64,000 nt of DNA from a virus (IMGVR_UViG_3300017987_000009:1-64000); one strand, 5' to 3'. Counted from the stretch's first letter, positions 52,524 through 61,996 are shown. The notes: generated from the letters alone by a model not told the origin. A program made the numbers and translations.

Positions 52524-53561
52524 GTGGCGAAGTCCGGAAGCACGCCCGCGAAGAAGCGGGCCGCTGCGGCCGGGCGCGAGAGGGAGCTGCTCGAGGAGCT
52601 GAACAAGGGCGAGGACAACGCGCCCGCGCAGTTCCTCGGCAGCGACCTCCAGGCGCTCAAGATCCGCGGCGTCATCTCCACGCAGTGCGTCACGCTCGAC
52701 CGCGCGATAGGGCGCGGCGGCGTGCCGCTCGGCCGCCTCACCCTGCTGCACGGCAAGGAGGGCAGCGGCAAGACGACTATCGCGCTGCACCTGATCGCGG
52801 AGGCCCAGAAGCGCGGCGGCCTCTGCGTCTACATCGACGCCGAGCACAAGCTCGACCCCGACTACGCCGAGCGCATCGGCGTCGACATCGCGCGGCTGCT
52901 GCTGGTGCAGCCAGACTACGTCGAGAAGATGTTCCCGATGGTGGAGAAGGCCGTCGCTATCGCGAAGAAGTACCGCGAGCAGGGCGAGCCGTTCCCGATC
53001 CTGTTCGTGCTCGACTCTATCAACGCGCTGCCGACGAAGGAGGAGTTCGAGGCTGGTTGGGAGGACCACCACGTCGCGCCCGACGCGAGGGCGTACAGCT
53101 CCAAGCTGAAGAAGCTGATGCCGATACTGAAGCGGGAGGACGTCGCGCTGGTGTTCGTGTCGCAGGTCCGCGAGAAGGTCGGGGTGATGTTCGGGTCGAA
53201 GGAGCGGACGGGCGGCGGCAACGCGCCGAAGTTCTACTCGTCGCTGATCCTCGAGACCACGCGGACCGGCGCCGTCAAGGACGGAGACAGGGAGATCGGC
53301 AACCTGACGAACGTGCGGTGCAGCAAGAACCAGATCGCCCCGCCCTTCAAGCACGCCGAGTTCAAGCTCGTGTGGGGCAGGGGCATCGACTACGAGGACT
53401 CGCTCCTGCAGGAGGCGCTGCGCGCCGGCGTCGTTGAGAAGGCCGGCGCGTGGTTCAGCCACAAGGGCGAGCGGCTCGGGCAGGGCGCGGCGAACGCGGC
53501 GAGCACGCTGCGCGGCAACCCGGAGTGGGCCGCGCGGATACTGGAGGAGGTGTCGCCGTGA
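52524..53561 (+). CDS. recA: RecA/UvsX recombinase
   Basis: LDRAIGRGGVPLGR, GKEGSGKTT, YIDAEH.LDP.YA, GGNAPKFYSS, KNQIAPPFK. Confidence 0.96.
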   Translation: MAKSGSTPAKKRAAAAGRERELLEELNKGEDNAPAQFLGSDLQALKIRGVISTQCVTLDRAIGRGGVPLGRLTLLHGKEGSGKTTIALHLIAEAQKRGGLCVYIDAEHKLDPDYAERIGVDIARLLLVQPDYVEKMFPMVEKAVAIAKKYREQGEPFPILFVLDSINALPTKEEFEAGWEDHHVAPDARAYSSKLKKLMPILKREDVALVFVSQVREKVGVMFGSKERTGGGNAPKFYSSLILETTRTGAVKDGDREIGNLTNVRCSKNQIAPPFKHAEFKLVWGRGIDYEDSLLQEALRAGVVEKAGAWFSHKGERLGQGAANAASTLRGNPEWAARILEEVSP

Positions 53562-56500
53562 CGGCTCGGAAGAAGAAGGCTGGCGCGCACACGTACCGCG
53601 CGCTGTTCACCGCGGACTGGCAGCTGTGCAACTCGCTGCCGCACTCTAAGCCCAGGTCGCTCGACGCGGAGCTCTCGGCGAAGCCCGGACTGACGGACAG
53701 GTTCTGCGACCAGCTCGACGTTGTCGCGCAGATCGAGGTGCTCGCGCAGAAGGAGAAGGTCGACGCGGTGTTCTTCCTCGGGGACCTATTCGAGAAGTCG
53801 CTGCTCGACGCGGTCACGCTGACCCACGGGGTCGGCGCCGTCGTCAACCTGTCGAAGGTCTGCCCGGTCTACGTCCTGCCCGGGAACCACGACGCGCACG
53901 GCTCGGCCGGCGTGCGGTTCACGCCGGAGGTGTTCGACGAGATCGGCGCGGACATTAAGTTCCTCGGAGGCAAGGAGGTGCTGCGCCCGAGCGGGCAGGT
54001 CAAGGTCGCGTTCCACCCGCTGCCGTGGCGCCCGCCTGGCGAGGTGATGCCGAGGGTCGAGGACTTGCGCGCGGCGGCGAAGAAGGGCGAGACGAACGTC
54101 CTGCTCCTGCACAACAGCGTCGTCGGCTGCCGGCACCAGGGCTGGGTGTGCGACGACGGCGTCGACGCGGAGCGGCTGTGCGTCGGGTGGGAGCTGGTCC
54201 TGGCCGGGCACTTCCACGACCCGCAGCGGTTCGGCGAGTCGGTTCCCGGCCGGTACGTCGGCGCCCCGATGCAGCACGACTTCCGCGATGCGGACTCGCC
54301 GGATCGCGGGGTGTGGATCTACGAGTTCGAGAAGGGCGGTCAGTTCAACGGCAAGTTCCACGAGCTGGAGTCGCCGAAGTTCCACATCGCGAAGTGGGAG
54401 CTGCCGCACCTGGTCGAGTGCGCCGAGCAGGCGGATGAAGGCGACTACATCCGAGTGGTCGCGGAGATGACGCACTCCGAGTGGACCGCGATGTCGAAGG
54501 AGATCGAGGTCCGGTGCAAGGAGCTGGCGGACGAGCGGAACGTCCGCGTCCTGCCGCTGCACAAGCCGGTCTACCACCACGAGGTCCGGCTTGACACGGA
54601 CGGCGGGGTAATCTTGCCGGAGGAGGCCGTGTCGAAGTACCTGGCGATCGCGAATACCGACGGGCTGAGCGACGACAAGCTGAAGGAGATCGCGCTCGGC
54701 GCGCTGCGGGAGGTCGGCCGCAACGAGCCGGGCGCGGCGATGGGCGCGGCTGCGAACGTCGTCCACCTGAAGGCCACCGACTTCTGTTGCCTCAAGGAGG
54801 TGTCGCTCGGCTTGTACCGGATCGGCTTGGTCCTCGTCATCGGCGAGAACCGCGACACTGACGCGGCCGATAACAACGGCGCTGGCAAGTCCACGATCTT
54901 CAAGGCCGTGACGTGGTGCCTGTTCGGCGAGACGATCGACGGCGACCGGTACGACGAGGTGATCCGGTGGGGCGCCAAGCGGGCGGAGGTCGCCGTGCTG
55001 CTGGCCGCGGGCGACGAGACGTGGATCGTCCGGCGCTGGAGGACGAAGGGCAAGCCCGGCCTGTCGCTCCACATCATGCGGTCGAAGAAGGACGGCGAGC
55101 GCCGCGTGTCCACGGTCGAGGAGCCGTGGCCCGGCGACACCAAGGCGGTGCAGGCCAAGGTCGTTGAGCTCGTCGGTCTGGATTTTCGCGGCTTCTGCAA
55201 CACGGTGCTCTACGGCCAGGGCGACGTCGACAGGTTCTTCTCGTCGACGGACACGGCGCAGAAGGAGACGCTGCACCGCGCGCTCCGCACCGACGTCTAC
55301 CGCAAGGCCGAGCTCTGGCTGCGCGACGTCCTGAACAAGTCGCTTAGGCCGAAGGTCGAGGGCGCCCAGCGCGACCTCGACAAGGCCGACGCAAGGTACG
55401 AGGAGCACGACGTCGAGGAGATCGAGCGCGCGTTCGACGAGTGGGAGGCGGAGCACGACCGCGAGGTCAAGGAGAGGGCCGACGAGGTCATCGACCTGAC
55501 GAGGCGCGCGCGCGCCGTCGACGACGCCGCAGCGGCGAGGCGGGAGGAGCTGGAGGCCGAGCGGGCCGAGCTCGAGGCGGCGCTCGCCGCCGCCGCCGAG
55601 AAGGACGCCGAGCTCGACAAGGTGGTCGGCCTGCGGGAGGAGGCGCAGGAGAAGCTGACCGCCGCCGGCCGCGCGCGCAACGCGAAGGACGAGGAGCTTA
55701 AGTCCGCGCAGCGCCAGCTCGCCCTCCTAGACGGCGACAGATGCCCGACCTGCACGGCGCCGCTCGCGCGCGGCGCGCCGGCCAAGTTCGCCAAGCAGCT
55801 CAAGACGCGGAGCGGGCAGCTGGCCGGCGAGCTCGAGGCCGCGAGCATCGAGGTCGAGCGGCTGGACGGCGAGGTCGAGCGGCTGACGAGGGAGCGCGAC
55901 GGTATCCGCGACTGGCTCTACGAGAACGCCGTGCCCGACGGCAAGCTAGCCGACGTGAAGGCGGACATCGCCGCCCTGGGCGCGGAGGCCAAGACGGAGA
56001 AAGCCTCGCTGAAGCGGCAGGCCGCCGAGGCGCTCGCCGCGGCGGGGGCCCTCGCGAAGAAGGAGAACCCGCACAGGCGGTCGCTCGACCAGGCGCACGA
56101 GCGCGCGAAGGAGCTGTCGCGCCTGCTCCACGAGGCGACGTCCAAGCGCGACGCGGCGCAGCTCGACGTGGCGCACCACGAGTTCTGGGTGCGCGGCTTC
56201 GGCGTGCAGGGCCTGCCGTCGATCCTGCTGGACGGCACGATGCCGTACCTGACGGAGCGCGCGAACCACTACCTCGAGACGCTGTCGGACGGCGACATCG
56301 CGGTCTGCTTCGACACGCAGCGCGAGCTGAAGTCGAAGAAGGGCGAGAAGCGCGACGAGCTGGAGATCGCGTGGACGATCGAGGGCGTGCCCGGCGCGAC
56401 GCCGAGCAACGGGCAGAAGCGGAAGCTCGAGGTCGCAACCGACCTCGCGCTGATGGACCTGGTCTCGTCGCGCGAGGGCGAGCTCGACCTGCTGCTGATG

Positions 56501-56686
56501 GACGAGGTCCTCGACGGCCTCGACCGCGAGGGGGTGGCGCGCGTGCTCCAGCTCCTGCAGCAGCTCCGGGCCAAGCGCGGGAGCGTGCTCGTCGTCACGC
56601 ACGAGCCGGGGCTCGCGGAGTCGTTCGAGCGCGTGGTACACGTCGTCAAGTCGGGCGGAGCCTCGACGCTGAAGGAGGTTAGCTGA
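53558..56686 (+). CDS. Fused SbcD (Mre11 nuclease) - SbcC (Rad50 ATPase)
   Basis: ADWQ, GDLF, GNHD, GHFH phosphoesterase motifs; then NGAGKST, YGQG, CPTC hook, SNGQ, MDEVLDGLD, VTH, all in one frame. Confidence 0.92.
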   Translation: MTARKKKAGAHTYRALFTADWQLCNSLPHSKPRSLDAELSAKPGLTDRFCDQLDVVAQIEVLAQKEKVDAVFFLGDLFEKSLLDAVTLTHGVGAVVNLSKVCPVYVLPGNHDAHGSAGVRFTPEVFDEIGADIKFLGGKEVLRPSGQVKVAFHPLPWRPPGEVMPRVEDLRAAAKKGETNVLLLHNSVVGCRHQGWVCDDGVDAERLCVGWELVLAGHFHDPQRFGESVPGRYVGAPMQHDFRDADSPDRGVWIYEFEKGGQFNGKFHELESPKFHIAKWELPHLVECAEQADEGDYIRVVAEMTHSEWTAMSKEIEVRCKELADERNVRVLPLHKPVYHHEVRLDTDGGVILPEEAVSKYLAIANTDGLSDDKLKEIALGALREVGRNEPGAAMGAAANVVHLKATDFCCLKEVSLGLYRIGLVLVIGENRDTDAADNNGAGKSTIFKAVTWCLFGETIDGDRYDEVIRWGAKRAEVAVLLAAGDETWIVRRWRTKGKPGLSLHIMRSKKDGERRVSTVEEPWPGDTKAVQAKVVELVGLDFRGFCNTVLYGQGDVDRFFSSTDTAQKETLHRALRTDVYRKAELWLRDVLNKSLRPKVEGAQRDLDKADARYEEHDVEEIERAFDEWEAEHDREVKERADEVIDLTRRARAVDDAAAARREELEAERAELEAALAAAAEKDAELDKVVGLREEAQEKLTAAGRARNAKDEELKSAQRQLALLDGDRCPTCTAPLARGAPAKFAKQLKTRSGQLAGELEAASIEVERLDGEVERLTRERDGIRDWLYENAVPDGKLADVKADIAALGAEAKTEKASLKRQAAEALAAAGALAKKENPHRRSLDQAHERAKELSRLLHEATSKRDAAQLDVAHHEFWVRGFGVQGLPSILLDGTMPYLTERANHYLETLSDGDIAVCFDTQRELKSKKGEKRDELEIAWTIEGVPGATPSNGQKRKLEVATDLALMDLVSSREGELDLLLMDEVLDGLDREGVARVLQLLQQLRAKRGSVLVVTHEPGLAESFERVVHVVKSGGASTLKEVS

Positions 56687-56787
56687 TGACGGAGATTCTC
56701 GTGGGGATAGTCGCGATCGGGACTACGCTGGTCGGAGTCGCGGTCTTGACGGTCGTCGCCGTCGGTTGGGCGATTCGGAGGCTCTGA
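56686..56787 (+). CDS. 33-aa single-pass membrane peptide (not in ORF track)
   Basis: SD AAGGAGG; TGATG overlaps at both ends; hydrophobic. Confidence 0.55.
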   Translation: MTEILVGIVAIGTTLVGVAVLTVVAVGWAIRRL

Positions 56788-57275
56788 TGCCGAGGTCAAT
56801 CTTGTTAGAGCCGCTGCCGGCCGATGGCATGTACGCGCTGCACCTGCCGGTGTCGTTCCAGGTCGGCGACCGGCTGTACCACATACCCAAGGGGTTCAAG
56901 ACCGACGGCGCGTCGATCCCGCGGTTCGCGTGGTTCACGACCGGCACGCCGTTCGACCCGCGCCACATCCGGGCGGCGGTCATCCACGACTTCATGTACC
57001 AGCACGGGGCGATCTCGCGGCAGCTCGCCGACGCGCTGTTCCGCGAGATGCTGCTCGAGGACGGCGTGCCGGAGTACCTGGCCGGGAAGATGTACTGGTC
57101 GCTCCGCCTGTTCGGGTGGGCGGCCTGGCGCGCGTACCGCAGGAACAAGCGGCGACGCTACACGGAGTTCTGCCCGGACTGCGACGTGCCGATGACCAAG
57201 GTGCCGGGCCCGCTCGGCGAGAACCAGCGGGTGATGTGCGAGCAGTGCGGCCGGACGCACAAGGTGTTCGAGTGA
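56787..57275 (+). CDS. DUF1353 family protein with C-terminal zinc ribbon
   Basis: GFKTDGASIPR..AAVIHDFMY..ADALFREML; CPDC..CEQC. Confidence 0.85.
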   Translation: MPRSILLEPLPADGMYALHLPVSFQVGDRLYHIPKGFKTDGASIPRFAWFTTGTPFDPRHIRAAVIHDFMYQHGAISRQLADALFREMLLEDGVPEYLAGKMYWSLRLFGWAAWRAYRRNKRRRYTEFCPDCDVPMTKVPGPLGENQRVMCEQCGRTHKVFE

Positions 57276-57976
57276 TGGCGCGCGTCGGCAACAGGGTGCT
57301 CGGCGTCGACATCTCGCCGAACCACGCGGGGTTCGTCCTACTGAGCGACGGCGAGCCGACCCACTACCGGTACGTGGCCGAGCGGCAGGCTGTCGCGAAG
57401 AAGTCGAAGGCGCTCGGCGCCTATGTCGACTTCTCGAAGGTCAAGGACCTCCACGAGCGCGGGTGTCGGCGTGTCGCGTTCTGGTGGGACTATCTCCAGC
57501 GGGTGCTCGTCGACTGCGAGCCGGAGTACGTCGGGATCGAGGACTACGCCTACGGCGCGGGGCGGAACGCGCACCAGATCGGCGAGGTCGGCGGGCTGCT
57601 GCGGCTCCTCGCCTGGCGGCGCGGCGTCAGACTACGGCTGCACGACCCGTCCAGCCTCAAGATGTTCGTCGCGCACGACGGCACGGCGGACAAGCGCGAA
57701 GTCGCGCACTTCGCGAAGGAGCGGTGGCACGACTGCCGTACGTTCGAGCGGTTCTCGTACGACACGCCGAAAGGCAGGCACACCACGACGGAGGAGGACC
57801 TGTGCGAGGCGTTCGCGCTGGCCGAGCTCGTCTGGCTGGAGGTGCGCCTGCGCGACGGTCGCGCCAGGCTGGGCGACCTCCACCCGAAGGAGGTGCAGGT
57901 GTTCAACCGCGTGACCCACCGGTGGCAGTCCAACCTGCTCGACCGCGACTGGCTGCAGAGGAGGGACGCGCTGTGA
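57275..57976 (+). CDS. RuvC-like Holliday junction resolvase
   Basis: VLGVDIS, VGIEDYAY, IGEVGG, SLKMFV..GTADK, EDLCEA. Confidence 0.82.
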   Translation: MARVGNRVLGVDISPNHAGFVLLSDGEPTHYRYVAERQAVAKKSKALGAYVDFSKVKDLHERGCRRVAFWWDYLQRVLVDCEPEYVGIEDYAYGAGRNAHQIGEVGGLLRLLAWRRGVRLRLHDPSSLKMFVAHDGTADKREVAHFAKERWHDCRTFERFSYDTPKGRHTTTEEDLCEAFALAELVWLEVRLRDGRARLGDLHPKEVQVFNRVTHRWQSNLLDRDWLQRRDAL

Positions 57977-58581
57977 GCGACGCGGCTTCCAAGCTGGACA
58001 GAGTCGTCCGCCGCTGGCGGAACTGCGAGGCGTGCCGGCTGTGCAAGGAGCGGACACGCGTCGTGTTCTGGCGCGGCAACCACATCGGCAAGCTGGCCGT
58101 GGTCGGCGAGGCGCCGGGCGCGGTCGAGGACGAGAGGGGCGAGCCGTTCCTCGGCGACGCCGGCGCGCTGTTCGACGAGCTCTGCGAGAGCGTGCTCGGG
58201 CCGGAGCCGTGGGACATGTTCGTCTGCAACACGGTCGGCTGCCGGCCGCCAGGCAACCGCAAGCCAAGGCCGGACGAGTTTCGGGCCTGCCGCGCCAGAC
58301 TGTACGCGATGCTCGCGGCGGTCCGGCCAAACGCTGCGCTCCTGCTCGGCGCGTCGCCGCTCGAGTTCCTGACGCCGCACCGCAGGATCACAGAGTGGCG
58401 TGGGCGGCAGGTGCGCGTGTCGTTCCCGTGGAAGGGGGGTAAGATTGAGATCCCCGCGGTGCCGACGCTGCACCCGGGGTTCCTGCTGAGGACGCGCGAC
58501 GCGCGGCTGAACAGGGCGGTGGCTGCGGACATCAGAGAGGCTTGGTCGCTGGCCGCGGACAGCTACTTGAAAGGAGACTGA
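57973..58581 (+). CDS. Uracil-DNA glycosylase, family 4
   Basis: CEACRLC, VGEAPG..ED..G.PF.G.AG, N.V.CRPP.NR.P, TLHP. Confidence 0.9.
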   Translation: MSDAASKLDRVVRRWRNCEACRLCKERTRVVFWRGNHIGKLAVVGEAPGAVEDERGEPFLGDAGALFDELCESVLGPEPWDMFVCNTVGCRPPGNRKPRPDEFRACRARLYAMLAAVRPNAALLLGASPLEFLTPHRRITEWRGRQVRVSFPWKGGKIEIPAVPTLHPGFLLRTRDARLNRAVAADIREAWSLAADSYLKGD

Positions 58582-58582
58582 C

Positions 58583-58840
58583 ATGGGAGACTACATCGAG
58601 AACTTGGTCGAGCAGTTGCTCGGCAGCACGTGCAGGCTGGAGACGACGGACGGGTCTACCCGGATCGAGACCGTCTACTCGGTCGGCTGGAAGGAGATCG
58701 AGTTCAACGGCGAGACGGTCAGGTTCCCCGTCACGCTGTTCTTCGACCAGGGCGAGGTCGACGGCGTCGAGCTCCACCTGCTCAAGAGCGCGGAGGTCCT
58801 GGACCGAGACGCCGCGGACGACGGGGCGGAGGTGGCGTGA
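58583..58840 (+). CDS. Hypothetical protein
   Basis: SD AAGGAG + ATG. Confidence 0.65.
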   Translation: MGDYIENLVEQLLGSTCRLETTDGSTRIETVYSVGWKEIEFNGETVRFPVTLFFDQGEVDGVELHLLKSAEVLDRDAADDGAEVA

Positions 58841-59517
58841 CAGAGAGGTCGTACCTGGCGTGGGTCGGCGTCGAGTACGCGCCGACGATCGCGGACTTCG
58901 TGCGCGAGGCCGGGGAGGTCGGAGCGGCCAAGCGGCTGCCGAACCTCGGCGTCGCGCGCGGGCTCGCCAAGGACGGCGCGGTTATGTACCTCGCGCATTC
59001 GCAGGGCGTCGGGCGCGTGTGCCTGGCCTGCGCCGAGCAGGTCCCGTGCCCGTTCTGCAAGGGCGACGGAGGCGAGGACTGTCGCCGGTGCCGCGGGCTC
59101 GGCGCGGTCGAGGTCGGCACCGGCGGGTACGCGGTCGTCGACGGCGAGCGGTGGTTCTACGTACGGTACATCAAGCTGAAGCGGCACACGTCGCACCCGT
59201 TCTGGGACGACGAGCACGAGATCGGAGAGGTGTCGTACTGCCGCGAGTGCGGCGGGCGCGGGTCGATCCCGCAGGGCCTGGTGTTCGCGAGGTTCAGGCC
59301 GGAGGTCCTGGCCGTCGGAATCCCGGGCGACGAGCCCGGCGTCCGGTACGTCGCGCTGGCGGAGTCGGCGTCGATGCCGCGTCTGGGCGGCGAGCTGAGG
59401 GCCGGGTACTACGCCGACGTGACGGAGCTCGAGCTTCTCGAGGAGCCGGTCCCGTACCTCGGCAAGCACTTCCGCGGCGTGAAGCGGTGGTCGCCGGACT
59501 TGGAGGGCGAGAGCTGA
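58837..59517 (+). CDS. Hypothetical protein with multiple CxxC(xGxG) motifs
   Basis: CLAC, CPFCKGDG, CRRCRGLG, CRECGGRG; GTGA overlap. Confidence 0.7.
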   Translation: MTERSYLAWVGVEYAPTIADFVREAGEVGAAKRLPNLGVARGLAKDGAVMYLAHSQGVGRVCLACAEQVPCPFCKGDGGEDCRRCRGLGAVEVGTGGYAVVDGERWFYVRYIKLKRHTSHPFWDDEHEIGEVSYCRECGGRGSIPQGLVFARFRPEVLAVGIPGDEPGVRYVALAESASMPRLGGELRAGYYADVTELELLEEPVPYLGKHFRGVKRWSPDLEGES

Positions 59518-59652
59518 TGCTGTATATTGCAGGACGGGCGCCGAGCCTTCTCGCCTTCTTGTCCAAGGGGCGTCGCCACGTCCCTCTAGCCGGGCAACCC
59601 CACCGCCCGTCGAAAAGAGAGGCGCGGCGCCCCCTTACTTCGGGAGACGGCG
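59500..59652 (+). promoter_or_regulatory. Putative promoter and structured leader upstream of SAM decarboxylase
   Basis: TTGGAG-N17-TATATT (59500-59528), then several complementary segments. Confidence 0.45.
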
Positions 59653-60060
59653 ATGCGCGAGCACGGCAAGCACATCAAGATCCAGGTGTACGGCGTCGAG
59701 TTCGGGAAGCTGAAGGACGTCGCGCTGATGGAGCGGCTGCTCGTCGACCTGGTCCGCGCGACCGGGATGCGCGAGCTCGACGAGCCGTGGGTGTACGACA
59801 TCAGGGAACAGCTGGAAACGCGGGGCGAGGAGCCGGACCCGGACGAGCCGGAGGGTGTGACCGGAATCGTCGTCCTGTCGACGTCGCACGTCGCGGTTCA
59901 CACGTGGCCGCACCGCGGGTACGCCGTGTTCGACGTATACTCCTGCAGGGACTTCGACTCGGCACCGGCGACGCAGGAGATCGCGCGGACGCTTGTGCCG
60001 AGGCACGACAAGGTCGACGACCTGAGCTACTCGCTCGAGATGCCGGAGGCGCCGACCTGA
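59653..60060 (+). CDS. speD: S-adenosylmethionine decarboxylase proenzyme
   Basis: GKH, GVTGIVVLSTSHVAVHTWP..Y..FDVYSC. Confidence 0.88.
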   Translation: MREHGKHIKIQVYGVEFGKLKDVALMERLLVDLVRATGMRELDEPWVYDIREQLETRGEEPDPDEPEGVTGIVVLSTSHVAVHTWPHRGYAVFDVYSCRDFDSAPATQEIARTLVPRHDKVDDLSYSLEMPEAPT

Positions 60061-60073
60061 AAGGGGCCTGGCT

Positions 60074-60733
60074 GTGAGGTGCTTAGCTTTGTTGATACTG
60101 GCCGCGCTCGTCGCGTCGACCGCGGCCGCGCGGCCGACGCCGCTGCCGCTCGACCAGTGGACGCCGAGGGCGCACGTGTGGCTCGCGCGGGGGATGGTTG
60201 CCGAGGCCGGCTGGCTGGCGGAGCGGGACCACGTGGCTATCGCGTACGTGCTGGCGCGGCGGTGGAACGCTCGCGTGAGGAGGTACCCGCGCATAAGGTT
60301 CGTCGACATCATCCGGGCGTACTGCGCGGGGCTGGAGCCGGGGCTGCACTCGCCGACGCGACGTCAGCGGTGGCTGCGCTCGCTGTCGTTCGACTTCGCG
60401 CAGCCTGAGGCGTGGCCGAAGAAGGCGTCTTGGAGGCGCCACAAGCCGCTCTGGAGGGCCGCGCTTCAGCGGTCGCACGACTGGTCGCGCGGCAAGTTCC
60501 GCGACCCGTGCCGCGGCTTGGCGTGGCACTGGGGCGGGTACATCGACCCCGCCCGCGGCAAGATGGTTCCCGTGGCGTGCGGCGACACGCGCAACACGTT
60601 CTACGGGCTGGACAACGGACAAGGAGGTGGAGACCATGAAGACGGGAAAGAAGACGGGGAAGACGACGGCGGCGGGCGAGACGAGCGTGACCAGGTCGCT
60701 GAAGCGCAGTGGGCGGAACGCCGGAGCGGATAG
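60074..60733 (+). CDS. Secreted SleB/Hydrolase_2-like cell-wall hydrolase candidate
   Basis: Signal-peptide-like N-terminus; LARGMVAEAG..VAIAYVL..R and DPC.G..HW..N.FY pattern. Confidence 0.55.
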   Translation: MRCLALLILAALVASTAAARPTPLPLDQWTPRAHVWLARGMVAEAGWLAERDHVAIAYVLARRWNARVRRYPRIRFVDIIRAYCAGLEPGLHSPTRRQRWLRSLSFDFAQPEAWPKKASWRRHKPLWRAALQRSHDWSRGKFRDPCRGLAWHWGGYIDPARGKMVPVACGDTRNTFYGLDNGQGGGDHEDGKEDGEDDGGGRDERDQVAEAQWAERRSG

Positions 60734-60968
60734 CGGCTCGCAGTCGACGACGCCCGAGGAGATCGAAGGGGCGGTCGCGGAGGCGAGCTGCAGCGTAGGC
60801 CGGACCGTGCAGCCCGCGCAGTTCGAGGCGCTGAAGGTCGAGGTCGGCGTGAGGCTGCCGTGCTCGGTCGAGGACGCGACCAGCGGCGAGGCGCACCGCA
60901 GGGCGTTCGAGCTGTGCCGGCGCGAGCTGCGAGACCAGCTCGAGCGCGGCACCGAGGGACTGGAGTGA
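60636..60968 (+). CDS. Hypothetical protein
   Basis: SD AAGGAGGT + ATG 60636. Confidence 0.6.
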   Translation: MKTGKKTGKTTAAGETSVTRSLKRSGRNAGADSGSQSTTPEEIEGAVAEASCSVGRTVQPAQFEALKVEVGVRLPCSVEDATSGEAHRRAFELCRRELRDQLERGTEGLE

Positions 60969-61312
60969 TGGCCCGCCGCAAGCGGATATCCAAGAGCGTC
61001 GCGAAGCTGTCGACGCTCGCGGAGCTCGAGGAGTCGAAGCTGAGAGCGTGCCTCGGGCGGGTGGTCGCTGGCGCGACCGAGGCGTTGGCCGGCGAGGGCC
61101 GGGTCTCGCTCGCGAACATGAACGCGATGCACGAGGCGACGCGCTCGGCGACTCATTGCGCGGGGCGCTTGCACGGGTTCCGCGTCGCGATCGCCGCGCT
61201 GTCCGAGCTCGACGAGCCGGTCGTCGCCGGCGTCACGATCTCGGCCAAGGACGCCGCGTCCGGCGTGTCCGGGCGGGCCGGCGACGACGACGACCTGGGC
61301 GAGGTGCGCTGA
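60968..61312 (+). CDS. Hypothetical protein
   Basis: TGATG overlap. Confidence 0.6.
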   Translation: MARRKRISKSVAKLSTLAELEESKLRACLGRVVAGATEALAGEGRVSLANMNAMHEATRSATHCAGRLHGFRVAIAALSELDEPVVAGVTISAKDAASGVSGRAGDDDDLGEVR

Positions 61313-61506
61313 TGGCCTTCGAGATCGAGGGCGCGCGGTGCATCCACGAGAAGGGCGACGCGATCCTAGTCGAGGCGCCAGACTTTGACGAGCCCGAGTG
61401 GATCCCGCAGTCGCAGATCGACGACGACAGCGAGGTCTACAAGCGCGGGACGGAGGGCACGCTTATCGTGACCGACTGGCTCGCGGAGAAGCGGGGCTGG
61501 CTGTGA
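61312..61506 (+). CDS. Small hypothetical phage protein
   Basis: TGATG overlap; AILV..WIPQSQI..WLA..G motif common in small phage proteins. Confidence 0.7.
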   Translation: MAFEIEGARCIHEKGDAILVEAPDFDEPEWIPQSQIDDDSEVYKRGTEGTLIVTDWLAEKRGWL

Positions 61507-61733
61507 GCGTCGACGCCGAGATGAACACGCGCTGGCTGAAGGCCGTGAGCTGCATGTCGCTCGCGGTCGCGGTCGGCTACCTCCTTGACTACGCGCTGCA
61601 CGGCGAGGTGACAAGCGACGGCGTCGTGGTGTTCCTGCTGATGTTGCTGGTCGCGTTCGAGTTCGACAAGCTGCTGCGCGAGCGCGACCGCCGGAGGCGC
61701 GAGGAGATGGAGAGGCGCGGGGTGTCGGAGTGA
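61503..61733 (+). CDS. Small two-TM membrane protein
   Basis: Two hydrophobic segments; GTGA overlap. Confidence 0.6.
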   Translation: MSVDAEMNTRWLKAVSCMSLAVAVGYLLDYALHGEVTSDGVVVFLLMLLVAFEFDKLLRERDRRRREEMERRGVSE

Positions 61734-61996
61734 GCCGCGAGCGAATGGAGTCTAGCGTCAGGCGCGCGATCGGCAGCAAGCCGGAGCTGCACGGCTGTTG
61801 CGTCGCCGCGAGGCGGTACCTGCGGACCTCGTGCGACTCGCTCCAGTGGACGTGGCACTTCGTCGATCCGTTCGTCCGCGTGCGGTCGGGCGCGCAGGAC
61901 CCGATCGTCGTCTACTGCCCGTGGTGCGGCGAGAAGCTGCCGGAGCGCGGGCGCCTGCGGGTGACGGAGGTGGGAGATGAACGCCAAGACGGCTAA
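61730..61996 (+). CDS. Hypothetical protein with CC and YCPWCG
   Basis: GTGA overlap; zinc-binding motif. Confidence 0.6.
   Translation: MSRERMESSVRRAIGSKPELHGCCVAARRYLRTSCDSLQWTWHFVDPFVRVRSGAQDPIVVYCPWCGEKLPERGRLRVTEVGDERQDG

Noticed and set aside
59514-59616. Hammerhead ribozyme (CTGATG...GAAA)
   Set aside because: Core CUGANGA is not followed by stem II in the correct arrangement; kept only as a generic structured leader.
50665-60670. Shared MKTGKK N-termini and GK-rich tails in several proteins
   Set aside because: Low complexity; cannot be distinguished from compositional bias.
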